Shown here: piece after piece, positions 29,261 to 46,100 of the stretch | Numbering within the stretch: position 1 is the first letter of the stretch | Layout of the letters: each line of letters starts with the position of its first letter | DNA from: the human T2T-CHM13v2.0 reference genome, Homo sapiens | Length of the DNA stretch: 64,000 bases | Assembly (NCBI RefSeq): GCF_009914755.1 | Contig: NC_060938.1 | Reading direction: 5' to 3' (one strand) | The notes under the pieces: generated by a model | What the model was told of the DNA's origin: nothing | Databases searched by the model: none | What the model saw: only the letters and a program-made list of their open reading frames with translations | Program-made: the position numbers and the translations under genes

Positions 29261-32200
29261 GTTGGAATCCTAATTTCAGACAAAACAGACTTTAAACCAA
29301 CAAAGATCAAAAAAGACAAGGAAGGACATTAACTACATAAAGATAAGGGTTCAATTCAACAAGAAGAGCTAACTATCCTAAATATATATGCGCCCAACAC
29401 AGGAGCACCGAGATTCATAAAACAAGTTCTTAGAGACCTTCAAAGAGAGTTAGACTCCCACATTAAAACACTGGAAGACTTCAATACCCACTGACAATAT
29501 TAGATCATTGAGGCAGAAAATCAACAAAATATTAATACCTGAACTCGACACTGGACCAAATGGACCTAATAGACATCTACAGAACGATACACCCCAAACC
29601 AATGGAATATATGTTCTTATTGCCATATGGTACATACTCTAAAATCAACTACACAATCAGATATAAAACAATGCTCAGCAAATTAAAAAAAAAACAAAAT
29701 TATACCAAGCTCACTCTCAGACCACAGCGCAATAAAAATAGAAATCAAAACTAAGAAAATCACTTGTAACCATACAATTACATGGAAATTAAATAAACTG
29801 CTCCTGAATGACTTTTGGGTAAGTAATGAAATTAAGGCAGAAATCAAAAAGTTCTTTGAAACCAATGAGAATAATGATACAAAATACCACAATCTCTTGG
29901 ACACTGATAAAGCAGTGTTAAGAGGGAAATTTATAGCACTAAATGTCTACATCAAAAAGTTAAAAAGATATCAAGTTAACAACCTAACATCACAACTAAA
30001 AGAACTAGAGAAGCAAGAAGCAACTAATCCCAAAGCTAGCAGAAGACAAAAAAAAATAATAATAATAATAACCAAAATCAGAGCTGAAGTGAAGGAGATT
30101 GGGACACAAAAACCATTCAATAGATCAGTGAATCCAGGAGTTGGTTTTTTGAAAAAATTCATAAACTAGACAGACTGCTAGCTAGACAAAGAAGAAAAGA
30201 TCAGAAGGTCCAAATAAACATAATTAGAAACGATAAAGGAGATATTACCACTGACCTCACAGAATACAAATAACTATCAGAGACTACTATGAACATCTCC
30301 TTGCAAACAAACTAGAAAATCAAGAAGAAATGGATATATTCCTGGGTACATACGCCCTCCCAAGACTGAACCAGGAAGAAATTGAATCCCTGAAAAGACC
30401 AATAACAAGCTCTGAAATTAAATCAGTAATAAATGTACCAGATGTACAAAGAAGAGCTGATACCATTCCTACTGAAACTGTTCCAAAAACCTGAAGAGGA
30501 AGGACTTCTCCCCATCTCATTCTATGAGGCCAGAATCATCCTGATACCAAAATCTGGCAGAGATACAACAAAAAAATGAACTTCAGGCCAATATCCTTAA
30601 TGAACATTGATGCAAAAACCTTCAACAAAATACTGGCAAAGCAAATCCAGCAGCACATGAAAAAGCTAATCCACCATGATCAAGTAGGCTTTATCCCTGG
30701 GATGCAAGGTTGGTTCAACACCAATAAAATCGATAAATGTGCTTCATTGCATAAACAGAACTAAAGACAAAAACCACAAGATTATCTCAATAGATGCAGA
30801 AAAAGCTTTCAATAAAACTCAACACCCCTTCGTATTAAAAACTCTCGACAAACTAGGTATTGATGGAATATACCTCAAAATAATAACAGCCATTTATGAC
30901 AAACCCACAGTCAACATCATTCTGAATGGGAAAAAGCTAGAAGCATTCCCCTTGAAAACCAATATAAGACAAGGATGCCCTCTCTCACTACTCCTATTCA
31001 ACAAAGTATTGGAAGTCTTAGCCAGAGCAATCAGGCAAAAGAAAGAAATAAATGACATCCAAATAGAAAGAGAATAAGTCAAACTATCCCTGTTTGCAGA
31101 TGACATGATTCTATATCTAGAAAACCCCATAGTCTTGGCCCAAAAGCTCCTTCAGCTGATAAATAACTTCAGCAAAGTTTCAGGATACAAAATCAATGTA
31201 CAAAAATCATTAGCATTCCTATACACCAACAACAGCCAAGCCAAGGGCCAAATCAACAATGCAATCCCATTCACAATTGCCACAAAAAGAATCAAATACC
31301 TAGGATTACAGCTAACCAAGGAGAGAAAAATATCTCTACAATAAGAATTACAAAACACTACTCAAAAAAAAATCGGAGATGACACAAACAAATGGAAAAA
31401 CATTTCATGCTCACAGATAGAAAGAATCAATATTGTTAAAATGGCCATGCTCCCTGAAGAAATTTACAGATTCAGTGTTGTTCCTATCAAACTACCAGTG
31501 ACATTCTTCACAGAACTAGAAAGAACTGTTTTAAAATTTCTATGGAACTAGAAAAGAACTCAAATAGCCAAGGCAAAAGAACAAAAAGAACAAAACAAGA
31601 GCCATCACACTACTTGACTTGAAACTATGTTACAGGATTACAGTAACTAAAACAGCATGGTACTGGTATAAAAACAGACACATATAAAACATAAGACACA
31701 TATAAAAACATAGACCAAGGGAACAGAATAGAGAGTCCAGAAATAATGCTGCACCCCCACAACCATCTGATCTTTGTCAAAGCTGAAAAAAACAAGCAAG
31801 GCCATATGCAGAACATTGAAACTGGACCACTTCCTTATGCCATATACAAAAGCCAACTCAAGATGAATTAAAAACTTAAATGTAAAACCCAAAACTATAA
31901 AAACCCTGGAAGAAAATCTAGGCAATATTATTCCGGACATAGGAATTGGCAAAGATTTCATGAGGAAGACACCAAAAGCAATTACAACAAAAGCAAAAAT
32001 TGACAAGTGGAATCTAATTAAACTAAAGAGCTTCTGCACAGCAAAACAAACTATCAACAGAGTAAACAGACAACCTACAGAATGGGAGAAATATTTGCAA
32101 GCAATGCATCTGACAAAGGTCTAATATCCAGCATCTATTAGGAACTTAAACAAATTTACAAGGAAAAAAACCCACTATATTAAAAAGTGGGCAAAAAAAC

Positions 32201-33181
32201 ATGAATGGACACTTCTCAAAGAAGACATACATGTGCCCAACAAGCATATTTTTAAAAGCTCAATATCACAGATCATTAGAGAAATGCAAATCAAAACCAT
32301 AATAGGTACCATCTCACACCACTAAAAATGGCTATTATTAAAAAATCAAGAAATAACAGATACTGGTGAGGTTGCAGAGAAGGGGAATGTTTATACACTG
32401 TTGGTAGGAGTGTAAATTAGTTCAACCATTGTAGAAAGCAGTGTGATGATTCCTCAAAGAGCTAAAAGTGGAGCTCATATTTGACCCAGCAACTCATGAC
32501 TGGGTTATACCCAAAGGAATATAAATCATTCTACCATAAAGACACATGAATGCATATGTTCATTGTAGTATTATTCACAATAGCAAAGACATGAAATCAA
32601 CCTAAATGCTCATCAATGGCAGACTGAATAAAGAAAATGTGGTAGATATACATCATGGAATACTATGCAGCCATAAAAAAGAACAAGATCATGTCCTTTG
32701 CAGGAAAATGAATGGAGCTGGAGGCCATCATCCTTAGCAAACTGATGCAGGAACAGAAAACCAAATAGCTCATATTCTCACTTACAAGTGGGAGTTAAAT
32801 GATGAGAACACATGGACACAAAGAGAGGAACAACAGACACTAGAGTCTACCTGAGGGTCCAGGTTGGGAGGAGGGAGAAGAGCAGAAAAAATAACTATTG
32901 GTTACTAGGTTTAATACCTGGGTGATAAAGTAATCTGTATATCAAACCCCCATGACACAAGTTTACCTATATAACAAACCTGCACATGTACCCCTGAACC
33001 TAAAAGTTTTTTAAAAAGAAAGTAGTACAAGTAAAAAAATGTTTATCACAATTACCTTTTAGTTATCAAGGACAGTTTAACATATTCATCACTAACAGAG
33101 TAATCTGTAAGACATATTTTAGAAATGTTATCAGAATTAATTTATATGAGTCAGTTACATTTACCCAAATGAGTGCAAGTA

Positions 33182-36102
<2,921 letters not shown>

Positions 36103-36366
36103 TGGTTTAAATATTTTGATGATTAAAAATTAAGCCTCGGTTACCTGAAGTTTATACTACATGAAATATCTCTGTCATGGTGCCAGATATCATAATTTAA
36201 CCCAGATGGCAGCTATGGTATCACACTGACTCTTGGCCAAGGGCAACAAACTTCTCTCCTTGATGATAGATAATCGAGCCCTCCATTGCACGGCACCCCT
36301 GCCTGCTTCCCCTGACAATGAAATGAGACAGTAGTACATAAATTACTTTTAAAAAGCACTCAGTAA

Positions 36367-39300
36367 GGCAGGACTACATTGCAGTTCTGTACAGAGCAGT
36401 ATGCGGAGGCTTGTGTTGTGAATTTTAGCTCCAGATAACTGTAAGAACAAACCAGCAATCCCGAGAGGACCCACAGACCCTCTGAAGGAAGCAGACTGCT
36501 CATACAGGACCCAGGAGACACCCCAAATACTGTGAGTGCCCCAACTGCAGAAGTGGGGAAGGGAGACCCTCCTCTCCCAAATGCACACCCCTACTGGAGA
36601 ACCTGAAGGTCTGTTTGCAGGAAAAGTTTCTGACTTTACCTGGAGCTGAGTCCATTTAGAGAGCTGAGTGAAATACTGGGGAAGAGGAAGCAGCAGAAAC
36701 GCCCTGGGAGCTTTCTGGGTCCCCTGGCAGGCAATTCCTGCCTAGTACCACAGGGATCCATTGGGAGGGTGGCCAGAGAAGCAGGGGTAAGACTCTGCAG
36801 GGAGAAGGAATTCTCTAGCTGAACTTGGTAACAATTTGAATGGGGCAAGAAGCCTCCTGGCCAGAACCTGGGGGAGGGCGCAAATCCAGTGTGCAGACTC
36901 CACAGGCAGGGGAAGAACCAAGGCCTTTTCTTTGGCAGCTGGAAGACGGGTAACCTGGGGCAAGTTTTCAAGCCCCCCTCACCCTCTGCCTGGAAATAAA
37001 CTCAGGGCTGTTGGGGGTAGGGCACAGTGGGAGTGAGACTGGCCTTCAGTTTGCGTGGGAGCTGGGTGAGGGCTATGAGTGCTGGATTTCCTTCACTTCC
37101 CTGACAACCTGCATGACTCAGCAGAGGCAGCCATAATTCTCCTAGGTACACAACTGCGGTGACTTAGGAACCTCACTCCCATACCTCACAGCAGCTGCAG
37201 CAAGATCCGCCCAATGAGTGTCTGAGCTCAGATATGTCTAGCCCTGCCCCCACCTAATGGTCCTTCCCTATCCACCCTGGTAGCAGAAGACAAAGGGCAT
37301 ATAATCTTGGGAGTTCTACGGCCCCGCCCACTGCTGGTCCCTCTCCACACTACTACAGCTGATGCTCTCTGGAAAGTGCCACCTCCTCACAGGAGGCCAA
37401 CTGGCACAAAAACCGAGCATTAAACCACCAAAGCTAAGAACCCTCACGGAGTCCATTGCACTCCCTTGTCATGTCCACAGAACAGGTGCAGGTATCCTGG
37501 CTGGGAGGTCCATAGATGGTTCACATCACAGGACTCTATGCAGACAATGCCCAGTACCAGCCCGGAGCCAGGTAGACTCACTGAGTGGCTAGACCCAGAA
37601 GAGAGACAACGATCACTGCAGTTCAGCTCACAGGAAGCCTCATACTTAGGAAAACAGGGAGAGTACTACATCAAGGGAACATTCCATGGGTCAAAAGAAT
37701 CTGAACAGCCTTCAGCCCTAGACCTTCCCTCTGACAGAGCCTGCCCAAATGAGAAGGAACCAGAAAACCAACCCTGGTAATATGACAAAACATGGCTCTT
37801 CAGCACCCCTCAACAATCATATTAGTTCAGCAGCAATGGACCCAAACCAAGAAGAGATCCCAGATTTGCCTGAAGAAGAATTCAGGAGGTTAGTTATTAA
37901 GCTAATCAGGGAGGCACCAGAGAAAGGTGAAGCCCAGTGCAAGGAAATCCAAAAAACGATACAAGAAGTGAAGGGAGAAATATTCAAGGAAATAGAGAGC
38001 TTAAAGAACAAAGCAAAAATTCGAGAAACTTTGGATACACTCTTAGAAATGTGAAATGCTCTGGAAAGTCTCAGCAATAGAACTGAACAAGTGGAAGAAA
38101 GAAATTCAGAGCTCAAGACAAAGTCTTCAAACTAACCCAATCCAACAAAGACAAAGAAAAAAGAAAAAGAAAACATGAACAAAGCCTCTAAGTAGTCTGG
38201 GATTATGTTAAACGACCAAACCTAAGAATAATCGGTGTTCCTGAAGAAGAAGAGAATTCTAAAAGCTTGGAAAACATATTTGGGGGAATAATTGAGGAAA
38301 ACATCCCCAGCCTTGCTAGAGACCTAGTCATCCAAACACAAGAAGCACAAAGAACACCTGGGAAATTCATCGTAAAAAGATTGCCTGATCACAATGTCAT
38401 CAGGTTATTCAAAGTTAAGATGAAGGAAAGAATCTTAAGAGCTGTGAGACAGAAGCACCAGGTAACCTATAAAGAAAAACCTATCAGATTAACATCAGAT
38501 TTCTCAACAGAAACGCTACAAGCTAGAAGGGATTGGGGCCTATCTTCAATCTCCTCAAACAAAACAATTATCAGCCAAGAATTTTGTATTCAGTAAAACT
38601 AACCTTCATATATGAAGGAAAGATAGTCTTTTCCAGCCAAACAAATCCTGAGAGAATTCGCTATTACCAAGCCACGACTACAAGAATTGCAAAAAGGAGC
38701 TCTAAATCTTGAAACAAATCCTGGAAACACATCAAAACAGAACCTCTTTAAAGAATAAATCACACAGGACCTATAAAACAAAAATACAAGTTAAAAAGCA
38801 AAACAAAAAACCAAAGTACACACGCAACAAAGAGCTGGATGAATGTGATGGTACCTCTTATTTCAATACTAACATTGAATGTAAATGGTCTAAATGCTCC
38901 ACTTAAAAGATACAGAACTGCAGAATGGATAAGAACTCACCAACCAACTATCTGCTCCCTTAGGAGACTCACCTAACACATAAGGACTCACATAGACTTA
39001 AAGCAAAGGGGTGGAAAAAGGCTTTTCATGCAAATGGACACCAAAACAAGCACGGGTAGCTGTTCTTAGACAAAACAAACTTTAAAGCAACAGCAGTTAA
39101 AAGAGACAAGGAGGGACATTATATAATGGTAAAAGGCCTTGTCCAACAGGAAAATGCCACAATCCTAAACATATGTGCACCTAACACTGGAGCTCCCAAA
39201 TTTATAAAACAATTACTAATAGACCTAAGAAATGAGATAGACAGCAACACAGTAATAGTGGGGGACATCAATACTCCACCGACAGCACTAGACAGGTCAT

Positions 39301-42300
39301 CAAGACAGAAAGTCAATGAAGAAACAATGGATTTAACTATACTTTGGAACAAATGGACTTAGCAAATATATACAGAACATTTCATCCAACAACCACAGAA
39401 TACACATTCTATTAAACAGTGCATGGAACTTTCTCCAAGATAGACCATATGATAGGCCATAAAATGAGTCTCAATAAATTTAAGGAAATTGAAATCACAT
39501 CAAGCACTCTGTCAGACCACAGTGGAATAAAACTGGAAATTAACTCCAAAAGGAACTTTTAAAACTATACAAATACATGGAAATTAAATAATTTGCTGTT
39601 GTGGATCTAACAGACATCTACAGGACTCTCGACCCCAAATCAACAGAATAGACATTCTTCTGAGCACCACATAGCATTTATTCTAAAATTGACCACATAA
39701 TTGGAAGTCAAACGCTCCTCGACAAATGCAAAAGAACGGAAATCAAAACAGTCTGTCAGACCACAGTGTAATCAAATTAGAACTCAGGATCCAGAAACTC
39801 ACTCAAAACCGCACAACTACATGAAAACTAAACAACCTGCTCCTGAATGACTACTGGGTACATAACGAAATGAAGGCAGAAATAAATAAGCTCTTTGAAC
39901 CCAATGAGAACAAAGATAAAGTGTACCAGAATCTCTGGGACACAGCTAAAGCAGTGTTTAGAGGGAAACTTGTAGCACTAAATGCCTACATGAGAAAGTG
40001 GGACAGATCTAAAATCGACAACCTAACATCACAATTAAAAGAACTAGAGCAAAGAAATTCAAAAGCTAGCAGAAAAGAAGTAACTAAGATCAGAGCAGAA
40101 CTGAAGGAGATAGAGACACACAAAACCCTTCAAAAAATCAATGAATCCAGGAGCTGGTTTTTTGAAAAGATTAATGAAATAGACCACTAGCCAGCCTAAT
40201 AAAGAAGAAAAGAGAGGAGAATCAAATAGATGCAATAAAAAATGATAAAGGGGAGATCACCACTGATCTCACAGAAATACAAACTATCATCAGAGAATAC
40301 CATAAACACTTCTATGCAAATAAACTAGAAAATCTAGAAGAAATGGATAAATTCCTGGACACATACACCCTCCCAAGACTAAACCAGGAAGAAGTCCAAT
40401 CCCTCAATAGATCAATAACAAGTTCTGAAATTGAGGCAGTAATTAATAGCCTACCAACCAAAAAAAGCCCCGGACCAGATGGATTCACAGCTGAATTTTA
40501 CCAGAAGTACAAAGAGGAGCTGGTACCATTCCTTTTGAAACTATTCCAAACAACAGAAAAAGAGGGATTCCTCCCTAACTCATTTTATGAGGACAGAATC
40601 ATCCTGATATCAAAACCTGGCAGAGACACAACCAAAAATAAAATTTCAGACCAACATGCCTGATGAATATCAATGTGAAAATTCTCAATAAAATACTGGC
40701 AAACTGAATCCAGCAGCACATCAAAAAGCTTATCCACCATTATCAAGTTGGCTTCATCCCTGGAATGCAAGGCTGGTTCAACATACACACATCAATCAAT
40801 GTAATGCATCACATAAACAGAACCAATGGCAAAAACCATATTATTATCTCCATAGATGCAGAAAAGGCCTTTGATAAAATTCAGCACTGCTTCATGCTAA
40901 AACACTCAAGAAACTAGGTACTGATGAAACTTGCCTCAAAATAATAAGAGCCATTTATGACAAACCCACAGCCAATATCATACTGAATGGGCAAAAACTG
41001 GAAGGATTCCCTTTGAAAAGTGGCATAAGACAAGGATGCCCTTTCTCACCACTCCTATTCAACATGTTATTGGAAGTTCTGGCCAGGGCAATCAGGCAAG
41101 AGAAAGAAAAATGGTATTCACATAGGAAGAGAGGAAGTCAAATTATCTCTGTTTGCAGATGACATGATAGTATATTTAGAAAATCCCATCATCTCAGACC
41201 AAAAACTCCTTAAGCTGATAAGCAACTTCAGCAAAGTCTCAGGATACAAAATCAATATGCAAAAATCACAAGAATTCCTATACAACAATAATAGAGAGAC
41301 AAATCATGAGTGAACTCCCATTCATAATTGCTGCAAAGAGAAAAAAATACCTAGGAATACAACTTACAAGTGATGTGAAGGACCTCTTCAATGAAAACTA
41401 CAAACCACTGCTCAAGAAAATAAGAGAGGACACAAACAAATAGAAAAACATTTCATGCTCGTGGATGGGAAGAATCAATACTGTGAAAATGGCCATACTG
41501 CCCAAAGTAATTTACAGATTCGATGCTCTTCTCATCAAGCTACCATTGACTTTCTTCACAGAATTGGAAAAAACTACTTTAAATTTAATGTAGAATCAAA
41601 AAAGAGCCCACATAGCCAAGACAATCCTAAGCGAAAAGAACAAGCTGGAGGCATCACACTACCTGACTTCAAACTATACCACAGGGCTACAGCAACCAAA
41701 ACAGCATGGTACTGGTACCAAAAATGTCATATAGACCAATGGAACAGAACAGAGGCCTCAGAAATAACACCACAAATCTACAACCATCTGATCTTTGACA
41801 AACCTGACAAAAAATGCAATGGGGAAAGGATTCCCTATTTAATAAATGGTGCTGGGAAAACTGGCTAGCCGTATGCGGAAAACTGAAACTGGACCCATTC
41901 CTTACACTTTATACAAAAATTAACTCAAGATGGATTAAAGATTTAAACATAAGACCTAAAACCATAAAAACCCTAGAAGAAAAGCTAGGCAATACCATTC
42001 AGGACATAGTCATGGGCAAAGACTTCATGACTAAAACACCAAAAGCAATGGCAACAAAAGCCAAAATTGACAAATGGGATCTAATTAAACTAAAGAGCTT
42101 TTGCACAGCTAAAGAAACTATCATCGGAGTGAACAGGCAATCTACAGAATGGGAGAGAAATTTTGCAGTCTATTCATCTGACAAAGGTCTAATATCCACA
42201 GTCTACAGGGAAGTTAAACAAATTTACAAGAAAAAAAACAAACAACCCCATCAAAAAATGGACAAAGGATATGAACACTTTTCAAAAGAAGATATTTATG

Positions 42301-43940
42301 GCCAACAAACATGTGAAAGAAAACTCATCATCACTGCTCATTAGATACATGCAAATCAAAACCACAATGAAATACCATCTCATACCAGTTAGAATGGCGA
42401 TCATTAAAAAGTCAGGAAACAACAGATGCTGGAGAGGATGTGGAGAAAGAGGAATGCTTATACACTGTTGGCAGGAGTGTAAATTAGTTCAACCATTGTG
42501 GACGACAGTGTGGTGATTCCTCAAGGATCTAGAACTAGAAATACCATTTGACCCAGCAATCCCATTACTGGGTATATACCCAAAGGATTATAAAACACAT
42601 GCACATGTATATTTACTACAGCACTATTCACAATAGCAAAGACTTGGAACCAACCCAAATGCCCATTAAAGATAGACTGGATAAAGAAAATGGGGCACAT
42701 ATACACCGTAGAATACTATGCAGCTATAAAAAAAGATGAGTTCATGCCCTTTGCAGGGACATGGATAAAGCTGGAAACCATCATTCTCAGCAAACTGACA
42801 CAGGAACAGAAAACTAAACACCACATGTTCTCACTCATAAGTGGGAGTTGACCAATGAGAACGTATGGGTACAGGGAGGGGAACATCACACACTGGGGCT
42901 TGTTGGAGGGTGGGGGGCAAGGGGAGGGATAGCATTAGAGAAATACCTAATGTAAATGACGGGTTGATGGGGGCAGCAAACCACCATGGCACATGTGTAC
43001 CTATGTAACAAACCTGCACTTTCTGCACATGTATCCCAGAACTTAAAGTATAATTTAAAAAAAAAGGAAGATATATGAATGGCCAGAAACATATGAAAAA
43101 ATGCTCAACATCACTAATGATCAGGGAAATGCAAATCAAAATGACAATGCGATACTACCTCACTCCTGCAAGAATATCTATAATCAAAAAATAAAAAACA
43201 GTAGATATTGGCATGGATGTGGTGATCAGTGAACCCTTCTACACTGCTGGTAGGAATGTAAACTAGTGCAGCCACTATGGAAAACAGTGTGAAGATTCCT
43301 GAAATAACTAAAAGTAGAACTACCATTTGATCCATCAATCCCACTACTGGGTATCTACCCAGAGGAAAATAAGTCACTACATGAAAAAGACACTTGCACA
43401 TACATGTTTATAGCAGCACAATTTGCAACTGCAACAATATGGAACCAGCCTAAATGCCCATCAACCAATGAGTGGATAAAGAAAATGTGATATATATATG
43501 TATATATGCACACACATACCATGGAATACTACTCAGCCATAAAAAGGAATGAAATAATGGCATTGGCAACAACCTGGATGGTGTTGGAGACCATTATTCT
43601 AAGTGAAGTCACTCAGATATGGAAAACCAAACATCGTGTGTTCTCACTTATAAGTGGGAGTTAAGCTATGAGGACACAAAGGCATAAGAATGATAATGGA
43701 CTCTGGGGACTCAAGGGGAAAGGTGGGAGGGGGGTGAGGGATAAAAGACTACACACTGGGTGCCGTGTTCATTGCTTGGTGATGGGTGTACCGAAATCTC
43801 AGAAATCACCACTAAAGAATTTACTCATGTAACCAAACACCACCTGTACCTGAAAAACCTATGAGAAAAATTAAATCATATAAACCTATAATTAAGTGTA
43901 TTTTATTAAAATGGAATACATTAAAAAAACTTTTTAAATT
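36367..43940 (+). mobile_element. LINE-1 L1PB1-like (L1PBa-type 5' end) whose central ORF2 is replaced by a younger L1
   Basis: L1PBa-type 5'UTR, ORF1 (37749-38700), endonuclease to about 39600, L1PB1-type 3' end 43066-43876; TSD aaaagcactcag(t/c)aa at 36352-36366 and 43941-43955. Confidence 0.92.
39601..43065 (+). mobile_element. 5'-truncated L1PA7-like element nested in L1PB
   Basis: Better preserved ORF2 (ORFs 39870, 40343, 41814) and L1PA7-type 3'UTR ending gtatcccagaacttaaagtataatttaaaaaaaaa. Confidence 0.92.
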
Positions 43941-44175
43941 AAAAGCACTCAGCAAAATTAAGGGGTGTAACTTAAAAAACAAAACCAAAATATTAGAAAC
44001 TGGTGTCTAGAAAACACAGAAGAAAATTCTCCAAAGGCCTAACCTCGTCTTATCACAAAACTTACCAAATCCTGAAAATGTGCCCAGGCTCCTCTGAGTA
44101 ACAGAATGCAAAAGAATTAATAGTAAAGGGGTGAATCTGAGAAAAATAACACCTGCTCCACCTTTTTTATGCTCA

Positions 44176-45514
44176 TTTTTTAAAAACTTTTATTTTTTTT
44201 TTTTCAATTGCTTTAGGGGTACAAGTGGTTTTTGGTTACATGGATGAAACTGTACAGTGGTGAAGACTGGGCTTTTAGTGCACCCATCACCTGAATGTTG
44301 TACCAAATAGGTAATTTTTTATCCCTCACCACACTCTTACCCTTCTACCTTCTGAGCCTCCAATGTCCATCAAACTGTCCTGTATGCTTTTGCATACCCA
44401 TAGCTTAGCTCTCACTTATAGGTAAGAACATTTGGTATTTGGTTTTCTGTTCCTGAGTTACTCAGGATAATGGCCTCCAGTTCCATCCAAATTGCTGCAA
44501 AAGACATTATTTAATTATTTTTTATGGCTGAGTCATATTTCATGGTATATGTATACCAAATTTTCTTTATCCGTTCATATTGTTGATTCTATATCTTTGT
44601 AATTGTCATTTGTGCTGCAATAAACATATGTGTCCAGGTGTCTTTTTGATATAATGACTCCTTTTCCTTTGGGTAGATTTCCCAGCAGTGGAATTGCTGG
44701 ATTGAATGATAGATTTACTTTTGGTTCTTTGAGAAATCTCCATACTGTTTTCCATAAAGGTTGTACTAATTTACATTCTCTGTGTAAACCAGTGTATAAG
44801 CATTCACATAGACCAATAGAACAGAATAGATAACCCAGAAATAAAGCCAAATACTTACAACTAACTGATCTTCGACAAAGCACACAAAAACACAAATTGA
44901 GGAAAGGACATGCTATTCAATAAATGGTGCTGGGAAAATTGTAGAAGAATGCAGAAGAATAAAACTAGATTCCTATCTTTCATCATATAAAAAATTAGCT
45001 TGAGATATGTTAAAGACTTAAATTTAAAACCCCAAGCCATAAAAATTCTAGAAGAAAACCTAGGGAAAACTCTTCTGGACATTGGCATAGGCAAAGAAGT
45101 TATGACTAAGACCCCAAAAACAAATGCAACAAAAATAAGTAAGACCAAACTAAGCTAAAAACTTCTGCACAGCAAAAGAAATATTCAACAGAGTAAACAC
45201 ACAACCTACAGAATGGGAGAAAATATCTGCAAACTATACATCTGACAAAAGACTAATGTTCAGAATTGACAAGGAACTCAGAGAAACCAGCAAGAAAAAA
45301 TAATCCCAAGAAAAAGTGGGCAAACAACATAAACAGACATTTCTCACAAGAAGATATACAAATGGCCAACAAACATATGAAAAAATGTTCAACATCACTA
45401 ATCATCAGGGAAATGCAAATTAGAATCACAATGAGATACCACCTTACCTCAGCCAGAATGACCATTATTAACAAGTCAAAAATTAATAGATAATAGCACA
45501 GATGTGGTGAAAAG
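44176..45514 (-). mobile_element. L1PB (PB2/3-like) with 5' inversion: 44176-44805 antisense, 44806-45514 sense
   Basis: Strand switch at ...agtgtataagcattc|acatagacc...; the two segments are adjacent in L1 coordinates. Confidence 0.9.
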
Positions 45515-45869
45515 CAAACTTGTTCTTTTTCTACTTTCTCTTTTATAGTAGCCTTGACTACTGAATGGGTCTGTAGGCCCATTCTGTTCATTTTAATTCA
45601 TGCTTTGGGTTTGAACTTCTTTTAGATTTCCAATGTCATTCATCATTCTGGCCACTTGACCTGGGACAAAACTGCTTCTTTGGGTGTGTTCTATAAATGC
45701 TATGACTGTAGTACCCTGCAAATAATATGTAAATGAAACGACTCGAAAATAGGTGCTTCATGAGTCCAAGTAAAACATACTTCTGGGAAAAAAAACTGAC
45801 CTTTTGAGCATTCAACTATTATATGTACTGGTTTTGGAGATTAATGAAAAGACCTTCAGAAATCTTGAA

Positions 45870-46100
45870 GATGCTGGTGGAATTCAGAAGATGGGTTTTG
45901 AATTCCTGCTCCATCAATTATTACTTATATAGCTGTGAACAAATTACACCCATCTCTGGAAGCCAAATTTTCCTCATCTGTATGTTAGAGATAAAATTAG
46001 CTCCCTTCCTCAAAAGGTTGTAACTAGGATTTAAATGAGCTAATGTGTGCTTATCACAGATGTTGGGACTTTGCATATATTCAATAAATGTTAGTAGCTA
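45870..46100 (+). mobile_element. MIR SINE
   Basis: gggttttgaattcctgctcc...tttcctcatctgtatg...aggatttaaatgagctaatgt...tcaataaatgttag. Confidence 0.75.

Noticed and set aside
41814-42344. Longest ORF in the track (176 aa)
   Set aside because: Fragment of L1 ORF2 C-terminal region; upstream ORF2 has multiple stops and frameshifts, so no active element.
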